Shown piece by piece: positions 57,436 to 64,000 of a stretch of DNA of 64,000 bases. Every line of letters begins with the position of its first letter. Within the stretch, counting starts at the first letter, position 1. This stretch comes from an uncultured Clostridia bacterium. GTDB taxonomy: Bacteria; Bacillota; Clostridia; Christensenellales; UBA1242. The stretch spans positions 103,106-167,105 of the forward strand of contig CAKVLR010000003.1 in assembly GCA_934757855.1 (NCBI GenBank), written 5' to 3'. Under the pieces are notes generated by a model. It worked only from the letters and a program-made list of their open reading frames with translations, had not been told where the DNA came from and did not search any database. A program made the translations under genes and the position numbers.

Positions 57436-57470
57436 CAAAAAATATACCAGCGTGTGCTAGTATATTTTTT
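57436..57470 (-). terminator. Intrinsic terminator after the GLUG-motif gene
   Basis: ATATACCAGC-GTG-TGCTAGTATAT hairpin flanked by an A-run and a T-run. Confidence 0.55.
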
Positions 57471-57500
57471 CTTTCTTAATCTTTAATCTTAAAATTTACA

Positions 57501-60500
57501 TTACGCATTAGTTGCGATTTTTAATGTAGGGTATCTAGGGTTTTCATCTGTACCAAAACTCCAAATAGTCATATCAAAACCACGATTTTTAAATGCGTTC
57601 ATTTTCTTACAATCGTTGTCCGAAGTCCTACCATCATCAGGGTCATTTCCCCAAGGCGCCCAAGTGTCATAAGCAAGCCTACGCTCAGCACCATTTGCTC
57701 TATCTTTGTTGTAGATACAGTGTTCTACATAGCCACCAAGTTTTGTCTTATCGATAATCCAGAACTTAGTTGCACGCACTTCACTTTCAGTTTCGCAGTA
57801 TGCAGAACCAGCAGATGTAACGAAACTACAATTTGAGAAACAGTAAGATACTCTACCGTATGAGTCGCCGTTGTCATAAGCAATTTCAGCAGACAAACCA
57901 CCCATAACTCTACCACTCAATGAGCAGTCTGCCATACTATTTGTTATGACACCTTTTTTCAATACGCCAGCAAGTCCACCTACGCGTGTACCAAATACTT
58001 CACCATTTGAAGCACACATTGATACGGCAACAAAGTCTTTTGTAGCACATTCAACTCTACCAACGATACCACCAGCGATATAGCCAGTAACTTTTGAGTT
58101 TGTAGTAGTTGATTTTGTGATAAAGCGCTCAGCATTGTAGCCTAATTCCACCATACCCGCAATACCACCAGCAACAGTATTTTCTACATTAGAAGCAACT
58201 GCGCTACCGCTAAATGTACAGCCATCAATTCTGCTAGCACTCATCACAGCACCAGCAATACCGCCGACATTCATATTTGCGTTTAGGTTTGACATTGCTT
58301 TAATTTCGTAAGCGTAACCAAAGTCGTTTTTGATTGCCGTGTAAGCACAATTAATGATTTCACCATTCGCTACACAACCAGCGATACCACCAACATAAAT
58401 TACAGTTGTTGACTCACTTGTTGCGATAGTGTTGTCTGCGATTACATTGAGTGAAGCTTCACAATCTAATACTTGCGCGCCCGCACCCACATAACCAGCG
58501 ATACCACCAACAAACAAGTTGTAGTCGTTTGTCTTTTTGATATTTAAGCCAGTGTATTCATTTTCTACATTTGCTTTTACAGTACAATTTGCGATAGTAC
58601 CATTGTTGATACCAGCAATCGCACCTGCATAATCTTTTGCATTTTCAATCTTTACGCCGTAAAGGTTTAAGCCTTCAACAGTACCCTCAGTACCGATACA
58701 ACCAAAGAAACCGCTTTCGCTGTAATTTCCAGTAATCAAAAGGTTATTGATACTTACCGTGTTACCTTCATCATCAAGCCCCATAACGAACTTACCATTA
58801 AATGGATTTGCACTAGTACCGATAGGAGTCCATTCACCAGTCAAGGTAATGTCGTTTGTAATCAAGTATTTACCGTTGTACAAACCATCATCAGCGAAGT
58901 CATCAGCGAATGCTTGGCGCAATTTCGCCTCGTTATCTACTCTACGAGTACCAAATTCATCATAGATAATGTCTGAAACAGTTACAGCATCATCTCTAAT
59001 AAATGCATAGCCATTGTTTACGCTAGGTTCGATATTCCAAACAGATGTAAAGTCCCAAATTGCGTAAAATCCTTGTGAATCATAACCAACAAACGCAAGG
59101 TCAGGGTTAATCGCTCCGCTTGTGTTGAGTTGTTCAAGTTGTTCGTTAGTAGGTATAACCTTTAAATTTTCAGCACTTACAGCCAAAGCAAGGTAAGCAT
59201 TACTAATATCTTCATCGTGTACGCCACCGATTGTAGGAGTTGCAGTTGCGCCCTCAGCAAGGTTTTCTTTCTCTACAAAGTTACCCAAAATTCGGTTTTG
59301 CCACTTGTTCTCTTCAAGAGGTTTCAATTCAGGAGTTGTGTCAGTACCTTCATTTAAGTTTTCACCCAACAACAAGCCTATACTTCCGCTTGTTACATCT
59401 CGAACATCAAAACTCAAAACTTTTGCATAGTTGTTGACGATAGCCACACGACTACCAGCGTTTGTGTGGTCGTTAGCAACAGAACCAACTAGTCCACCCA
59501 AAGTTGCTTGATTGCCGTTTACAGCGATAATGTCTGCCATAGCGAATGTGTTGTAAATCATACCGCCATCAACTCTACCAACGATACCACCGATAATCTT
59601 ACTACCGCTATTTTTTGCTTGCAATTTAGTGTTAGCAACAGAACTGTATTGCACGCGTGCAGTAAACTCTTGTTCAGTCACATTTTTAGCCACAACCTTA
59701 CCAGCGATACCACCGATAAATGTTGTAGTAGCCTCATTATTTGAGTTTGCAACAATGCTATTTGTCACAGTCACAAAATTAATCTTACCGTAGTTGACAC
59801 CAGCCACAACACCAGCGTTTACAAAGTCACAGTTAATGGTAGCATTCGTCAATTTCAAGTGACTTACCACTGCGTTTTTGCCCAAAACAGCAAATAAACC
59901 AGCATTTTCTACGCCACCTTCAACAAATTTTGCACCTTCGTAAGCGTATTCCGCCCCACTAGCAATGATTTGCATATTGCTGATTGTGTGTCCGTTACCG
60001 TTGTATTTACCGTTAAATCCAGTTGTAGAATTTAAACCGATAGGCGACCAAGCAGTAGTTGCAACATTCATATCAATGTCGGCAACTTGTTGATAATTTG
60101 CCTCTAATGTACGACCAACGATAGCACCAGTACCAATTGAACTCAAATCGTCATAATTTCTAATAAAGAATGGGTTTTCCTCAGAACCGTTACCCACATA
60201 AACCACAACATTCAAGTTTTTGTAAGCCTTGTTCGTTGTGATTAATTGAATAGATGTCTTGCCACCGTTTTCTGCTGAAAATCTAAATACATTTTCATCA
60301 ACTTTTTCCACAAATTTCACGATGTTTTCATCTAAACTTTTCAAACTGTACTCATCTTTTGATGGGTTCTTACGGGTGACAGTTATGTCAAAAGTTTCAC
60401 CAACATTGACATATTTTGTGATAGATTGTCCATCTTCTGCGCTAAAACTAAAAATCTCGTTGTTACGCATAAAGTAGTAGATAGACAAGCCTACGCTAAT

Positions 60501-60551
60501 AGCCACCAAAATGATAAGTAAAAAGATTAAAAATCTATTAAGCCATTTCAT
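57501..60551 (-). CDS. Large N-terminally anchored surface protein with an Ig-like domain and many GLUG motifs
   Basis: 1016 aa. TM anchor FLIFLLIILVAISVGLSIYYF. At least 9 repeats of GG(I/L)(A/V)G-x-V... (for example GGIAGINNGTIANC, GGLVGSVAND, GGIVGRVECA), characteristic of the GLUG motif. No LPXTG. Confidence 0.8.
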   Translation of the reverse strand: MKWLNRFLIFLLIILVAISVGLSIYYFMRNNEIFSFSAEDGQSITKYVNVGETFDITVTRKNPSKDEYSLKSLDENIVKFVEKVDENVFRFSAENGGKTSIQLITTNKAYKNLNVVVYVGNGSEENPFFIRNYDDLSSIGTGAIVGRTLEANYQQVADIDMNVATTAWSPIGLNSTTGFNGKYNGNGHTISNMQIIASGAEYAYEGAKFVEGGVENAGLFAVLGKNAVVSHLKLTNATINCDFVNAGVVAGVNYGKINFVTVTNSIVANSNNEATTTFIGGIAGKVVAKNVTEQEFTARVQYSSVANTKLQAKNSGSKIIGGIVGRVDGGMIYNTFAMADIIAVNGNQATLGGLVGSVANDHTNAGSRVAIVNNYAKVLSFDVRDVTSGSIGLLLGENLNEGTDTTPELKPLEENKWQNRILGNFVEKENLAEGATATPTIGGVHDEDISNAYLALAVSAENLKVIPTNEQLEQLNTSGAINPDLAFVGYDSQGFYAIWDFTSVWNIEPSVNNGYAFIRDDAVTVSDIIYDEFGTRRVDNEAKLRQAFADDFADDGLYNGKYLITNDITLTGEWTPIGTSANPFNGKFVMGLDDEGNTVSINNLLITGNYSESGFFGCIGTEGTVEGLNLYGVKIENAKDYAGAIAGINNGTIANCTVKANVENEYTGLNIKKTNDYNLFVGGIAGYVGAGAQVLDCEASLNVIADNTIATSESTTVIYVGGIAGCVANGEIINCAYTAIKNDFGYAYEIKAMSNLNANMNVGGIAGAVMSASRIDGCTFSGSAVASNVENTVAGGIAGMVELGYNAERFITKSTTTNSKVTGYIAGGIVGRVECATKDFVAVSMCASNGEVFGTRVGGLAGVLKKGVITNSMADCSLSGRVMGGLSAEIAYDNGDSYGRVSYCFSNCSFVTSAGSAYCETESEVRATKFWIIDKTKLGGYVEHCIYNKDRANGAERRLAYDTWAPWGNDPDDGRTSDNDCKKMNAFKNRGFDMTIWSFGTDENPRYPTLKIATNA

Positions 60552-60591
60552 AAACTTTACCTCTCTATTTATTCCTCTAGTAATTAGTGTA

Positions 60592-60620
60592 ATTATACCC
60601 TATTTGAGTGTTTTTGTCAA
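60592..60620 (-). promoter_or_regulatory. Perfect consensus sigma-A promoter for the GLUG-motif gene
   Basis: On the minus strand: TTGACA (60620-60615), exactly 17 nt, then TATAAT (60597-60592), about 40 nt upstream of the ATG. Confidence 0.65.
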
Positions 60621-60677
60621 TATGCATATAAAGAAAAAAGCAAAAACCATACAAATTTTGGTCTTTGTTTTTAATAT

Positions 60678-61025
60678 TTACAAACCTAGACTAATAAGCA
60701 ATGCTGTGTCAATTTCGTGCAGAGTTTTTGAGTCGGTATTGCCTATTTTTTCGAGTAATCTTGCTTTGTCTAGTGTGCGTATTTGCTCCAAAAGCACGAC
60801 ACTATCGCGTTCTAAACCGTATGTATGAGCATTTAACTCTATATGCGTGGGCAATTTTGCTTTGTTGATTTTGCTAGTGATTGCAGCAACAATGACAGTA
60901 GGGCTATATTTATTGCCCACATCATTTTGCACTATCAACACTGGTCGCACACCCCCTTGCTCGCTACCTACCACAGGCGAAAGATTTGCATAAAATATAT
61001 CACCGCGCTTGATTGAGTCTGTCAA
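60678..61025 (-). CDS. mazF: Type II toxin MazF/PemK-family endoribonuclease (EndoA-like)
   Basis: [47 protein letters not shown] closely resembles Bacillus EndoA/MazF. TTG start with AAGGAG 7 nt upstream. Confidence 0.9.
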   Translation of the reverse strand: MTDSIKRGDIFYANLSPVVGSEQGGVRPVLIVQNDVGNKYSPTVIVAAITSKINKAKLPTHIELNAHTYGLERDSVVLLEQIRTLDKARLLEKIGNTDSKTLHEIDTALLISLGL

Positions 61026-61026
61026 A

Positions 61027-61209
61027 CTACTGCTCCTTTAACCAATCTTCATAATTTTGCAAGTCTTGTGCGTTATCGCCCCAAATTTCGCGTTCCGTAA
61101 AGCCAGCAAAATCAATATATTCTTTCTCTTGCAATATATGCGTTTTTTGCGTAACTTTGTGCAATGACAATTTAGACAATTTGTTTTTATATTTTTTGAA
61201 GGCTTGCAT
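61027..61209 (-). CDS. Putative cognate antitoxin, 60 aa, not recognisably RHH/CopG type
   Basis: Its stop lies 1 nt before the mazF start, and the mazF RBS is embedded in its last codons. The C-terminus [22 protein letters not shown] is acidic and aromatic, like the toxin-binding tails of MazE/PemI. The N-terminus is basic. Assigned by position only. Confidence 0.5.
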   Translation of the reverse strand: MQAFKKYKNKLSKLSLHKVTQKTHILQEKEYIDFAGFTEREIWGDNAQDLQNYEDWLKEQ

Positions 61210-61256
61210 ATTAATTTATCCCTTTTAACACCTGATTTATACCTAAAAATAAAAAA

Positions 61257-61278
61257 TATAGGCAATTATATACCTATA
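61257..61278. promoter_or_regulatory. Inverted repeat overlapping the -10 of the putative mazEF promoter (candidate operator)
   Basis: TATAGG-N10-CCTATA. The spacer contains the minus-strand TATAAT (61270-61265). TTCAAA lies 18 nt upstream. Confidence 0.4.
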
Positions 61279-61304
61279 TTTTGGAAAATTTGAAAAAATA
61301 TACA

Positions 61305-61676
61305 TCAATTCGACGCACAAACAGCCATAGCCATTGTTGCAGTGTGTGAAATACTGAGTTCAATTTCTTTTATCTTTAAATTTTCTTTGATTTTCAACGC
61401 CATTCCAGAAAAAACTACGCAAGGTTTTCCGTTTTCATCTGGTAAAATCTCAATGTCTAGCCATTTTATACCCTTATCAAGCCCAGTGCCTAAAAGTTTC
61501 AGTACTGCTTCTTTTGCGCAAAATTTCCCCGCCATTCGTTCCATTCTCGCCTGTTTTACATTTAAGGTTTCAATATGCGCTCGCTCTTTTTTTGTAAAAA
61601 CTCTATTTAAAAATTTGATATCATCGACTTTGTCTGCAAAACGACTTACTTCACAAATATCAGTCCCAACTCTCAT
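61305..61676 (-). CDS. acpS: Holo-[acyl-carrier-protein] synthase
   Basis: MRVGTDICEVSRF... and FCAKEAVLK motifs. The ATG 61676 start overlaps the end of recX. The ORF-track start at 61730 adds 18 atypical residues. Confidence 0.9.
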   Translation of the reverse strand: MRVGTDICEVSRFADKVDDIKFLNRVFTKKERAHIETLNVKQARMERMAGKFCAKEAVLKLLGTGLDKGIKWLDIEILPDENGKPCVVFSGMALKIKENLKIKEIELSISHTATMAMAVCASN

Positions 61677-62289
61677 AATCTTCACCGCTTTTAATTTTTG
61701 ATATAACGGGGCTAATGTCCGCCCACTCAAAACCTTTACTTACTAAATGCCTACACAGTTTGTCTATATTTTCACGCGTAGGCTCTTTGTTTTTCATATA
61801 TTTTTGCGCAAGGCTCGCTACCGCCTCAATTTGCCCCTCAATTTCGCTCAAAGCATTGTCAATTATATCTCTTTTTATACCTTTTTGCTCCAAATTGAAC
61901 ATAATCTTGCGTTTGCCGTATTTATTTAAATAGGTGTTTATATACATTCTTGCGTACGCTTCATCATCAATATAATGATATTCGCTGAGTTTTTCTACCA
62001 CAGCGTGACAAAGTTTTGGTAAATACCCTTTATCTTTTAAATATGTATAAACTTGTCTTTTTGTCTTTGGCGTTTTGGAAATTAAATCAACCGCTTTTTC
62101 AAAGCCACTACTCAATTCACTTTCCATTGTAATTTCTTCTAGATAATTGATAGCAATTTCTTGCCCAACCGCCAAACGATGTTTGTATGCCGTAAATTCA
62201 TCAATCGTGCAAGCATATTCATTATCTAAATATATATGCAGGCGCTTACCCTTTCCCTTTGCTTGCTTAATATCTGTAATTTCACTCAA
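61660..62289 (-). CDS. recX: RecX family recombination regulator
   Basis: 209 aa. The repeated three-helix modules and the N-terminal ...RLHIYLDNEYACTIDEF... are typical of Firmicute RecX. TTG start with an AGGAGAG RBS. Confidence 0.75.
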   Translation of the reverse strand: MSEITDIKQAKGKGKRLHIYLDNEYACTIDEFTAYKHRLAVGQEIAINYLEEITMESELSSGFEKAVDLISKTPKTKRQVYTYLKDKGYLPKLCHAVVEKLSEYHYIDDEAYARMYINTYLNKYGKRKIMFNLEQKGIKRDIIDNALSEIEGQIEAVASLAQKYMKNKEPTRENIDKLCRHLVSKGFEWADISPVISKIKSGEDYESWD

Positions 62290-62303
62290 AAAACTCTCTC
62301 CTT

Positions 62304-62885
62304 TTAAAAGGCTTTTGTAGTTTCACCTAAAAATAAGGCATTTTCAATTATTTCATCATCACGCGCAACGATTTTTACCACTGCTCCGTTATCAAAGTTT
62401 GTATCAATAATAGCGATATTTCTATTTTTGATTTTGTTTAAAAAAGGCTGATAATCTTTGTAGTCCATAGTGATTTGATAAATTTTCGCACTAGACCACT
62501 CTACCACTCCCGCCTTGTCTAAAACTTCACTTGCAGTATTTGTGTATGCGCGCAAAAGTCCGCCCGCGCCTAACTTGACCCCACCAAAATAACGCACAAC
62601 AGCAACAATCACATTGCTTAGTTTTTTCTTTTCAAGTAAACTAAAAATAGGCTTGCCTGCTGTACCACTCGGCTCTCCATCATCGCTTAGTTTTGCGGTA
62701 TTCTCCAACTGATAAGCAAAACAAATATGTCGCGCATCGTTGTATTTTTCGCGTAAAAAACTTAAAAACTCCTCTGCTTGCTCGGTTGTTTTGATATGTT
62801 TTGCAAAACCTAAAAAGCGAGATTTGTTGATTACAATCTCGCTAGTAAAAACCTCATTTTCAGGAATGGAAAGAAAACTTTTCAT
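62304..62885 (-). CDS. yigZ: YigZ / IMPACT family protein
   Basis: KSRFLGFA and DDGEPSGTAGKPI motifs of UPF0029. Confidence 0.85.
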   Translation of the reverse strand: MKSFLSIPENEVFTSEIVINKSRFLGFAKHIKTTEQAEEFLSFLREKYNDARHICFAYQLENTAKLSDDGEPSGTAGKPIFSLLEKKKLSNVIVAVVRYFGGVKLGAGGLLRAYTNTASEVLDKAGVVEWSSAKIYQITMDYKDYQPFLNKIKNRNIAIIDTNFDNGAVVKIVARDDEIIENALFLGETTKAF

Positions 62886-64000
62886 TATTTTATGTTGACC
62901 TTCACAATATTTTTCTTGCCTTTTTTAAGCACAAAACCATTAGCAGGACAAGTAAAATCTAGGCTTTCGACTGTGTTTTCATTAACTTTTACACCGCCAC
63001 CTTGTACCAACTTCTTTGCTTCTCCGCGCGACTGGGCAAAATTTAATTCCACCAAACAATCAACAATATTTAACTTGTCACTTGAAAGTTCCATTTCTGG
63101 CATATTCTCCAAATTTCCACCAAAAGCACCACGCGCTTGACTGAGAGCCATATTAGCGCTTTCTTCACCGCGCACGAGTTTGGTGATTTCGTAAGCAAGG
63201 CGCTCTTTTGCCTTGTTCATCTCTTTGCCAGAAACAGCACAAATTTGCTTGATTTCGTCCATAGGCAACAAAGTGAGCATACGGAAACATTCCTCAACTT
63301 TTACATCTTCAATGTCACGGAAGTATTGGAAAAAGTCATAATTGCTGTATTTTTCACGGTCAAGCCATACAGCCCCGCCCGCAGATTTGCCCATTTTTGT
63401 ACCATCAGCCTTAGTAAGTAAAGGAGTAGTCATACAGAAAACAGGTTTATCTTCTCGCTTGCGGATAAGTTCGGCACCAGCCAAGATATTTGCCCACTGG
63501 TCGCTACCGCCCATCTCAATTTTGCAGTTGAAATTTTTAAACAAGTGGTAAAAGTCGTACGCTTGCATAGGCATATAGTTAAACTCTAAAAAGCTGAGTC
63601 CGTTTGCCATTCTCGCTTCAAAACAACCGCTCGCAAGCATTTTATTCACGCTCATATTGATACCAACAATATTTAAAAAGTCGATATAACTTAGTTTACT
63701 CATCCAGTCATCATTGTTTACCACAACCAACTTGTTTGGACAATTTGGGTCAAAAAAAGATTCCAACTGTGCCTTAATTTTGCGCACATTATTATCGCGT
63801 TGCTCCTGAGTAATCATAGGGCGCATATCATTTCTGCCTGATGGGTCACCAATTTTACCAGTAGCCCCCCCCACCAAAGCAATAGGTGTATGTCCTGCTT
63901 TTTGCATACGCACCAACTGTAAAATAGATGCCAAATGCCCCACATGAAGGCTGTCTGCGGTAGGGTCAAAACCGCAATAGCAAACGACTCTTTCCCTTCC
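62885..64000 (-). CDS. tyrS: Tyrosine--tRNA ligase; the N-terminus runs off the right edge
   Basis: ...HVGHLASILQL (HIGH region), KMGKS, and a C-terminal S4 domain. The reading frame is open to position 64000. Confidence 0.95.
   Translation of the reverse strand, partial: GRERVVCYCGFDPTADSLHVGHLASILQLVRMQKAGHTPIALVGGATGKIGDPSGRNDMRPMITQEQRDNNVRKIKAQLESFFDPNCPNKLVVVNNDDWMSKLSYIDFLNIVGINMSVNKMLASGCFEARMANGLSFLEFNYMPMQAYDFYHLFKNFNCKIEMGGSDQWANILAGAELIRKREDKPVFCMTTPLLTKADGTKMGKSAGGAVWLDREKYSNYDFFQYFRDIEDVKVEECFRMLTLLPMDEIKQICAVSGKEMNKAKERLAYEITKLVRGEESANMALSQARGAFGGNLENMPEMELSSDKLNIVDCLVELNFAQSRGEAKKLVQGGGVKVNENTVESLDFTCPANGFVLKKGKKNIVKVNIK

Noticed and set aside
61038-61265. Alternative 75-aa ORF overlapping the putative antitoxin in another frame.
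   Set aside because: It would start inside the predicted promoter/operator and has no RBS. It is not coupled to the mazF start, whereas the 61027-61209 frame ends 1 nt before mazF and carries the mazF RBS.
1685-63551. About 90 short ORFs (60-250 aa) in the track lie antisense to, or out of frame within, long well-supported genes. Examples are 10222-10710 and 12969-13307 in smc, 16738-17334 in the yebC-family gene, 46428-47183 in the AI-2E gene, 54101-54541 opposite the MBL gene, and 34221-34460 opposite rpsT.
   Set aside because: They have no RBS and show low-complexity or Ser/Phe/Ile-rich translations typical of antisense frames in AT-rich DNA. They lie fully inside genes with clear family signatures.
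63865-63872. C8/G8 homopolymer inside tyrS (encodes VGGA).
   Set aside because: It lies in the conserved catalytic core of an essential aminoacyl-tRNA synthetase. A phase-variation role is implausible, and it is shorter than the G10 tract.
1-64000. Search for CRISPR arrays, tRNA/rRNA genes, transposases, integrases, and phage or defence-island genes.
   Set aside because: There are no regularly spaced direct repeats and no cloverleaf-like sequences in the short intergenic regions. No ORF has recombinase or transposase motifs. The intergenic gaps are all 250 nt or shorter and are explained by promoters, leaders and terminators.

Overview
This 64-kb window comes from a low-GC, endospore-forming Firmicute, probably Clostridia-like. 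It is mostly core chromosome, and about 80% of the coding sequence is on the minus strand.

Gene order follows classic Bacillus/Clostridium housekeeping and sporulation synteny:
- spoIIGA-sigE (sigE is cut by the left edge), pgsA, an NMT1/THI5-type ABC importer, and lepA-hemW
- smc-ftsY with plsX and rpmF upstream
- infC-rpmI-rplT with an L20-type leader, then tsaD
- secA-prfB, recD2-comFC, lon-ysxC, murI-glmS, and gpr/rpsT
- pfkA-dnaE-whiA, murB, uvrC, spoIIE...tilS, recX-acpS-mazEF, yigZ, and tyrS (cut by the right edge)

I found no rRNA gene, tRNA gene, CRISPR array, transposase or integrase.

The only clearly accessory stretch is about 55.1-60.6 kb. It holds three N-terminally anchored surface proteins:
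- One has four extracytoplasmic DnaJ-type CXXCXGXG zinc-finger motifs fused to a Listeria-Bacteroides repeat, and carries a G10 tract nine codons into the gene.
- One is a large GLUG-motif protein driven by a perfect consensus promoter.

The most unusual non-genic signal is a 93-nt diverged second copy of the smc 3' end between smc and ftsY.
- It lies behind a 78-nt imperfect hairpin.
- 8 of its 9 mismatches fall on third codon positions.
- A smaller echo of the same layout (gene end, hairpin, copy of gene end) sits downstream of the yebC-family gene.

Other points:
- mazF is paired with a short 60-aa upstream ORF that does not look like a standard RHH antitoxin.
- glmS is translationally coupled to murI, leaving no room for a glmS ribozyme, and carries an in-frame 12-nt tandem repeat.
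- prfB has no programmed frameshift.
- uvrC is probably leaderless.

All calls come from reading the translations and the DNA by eye. No database search was run.
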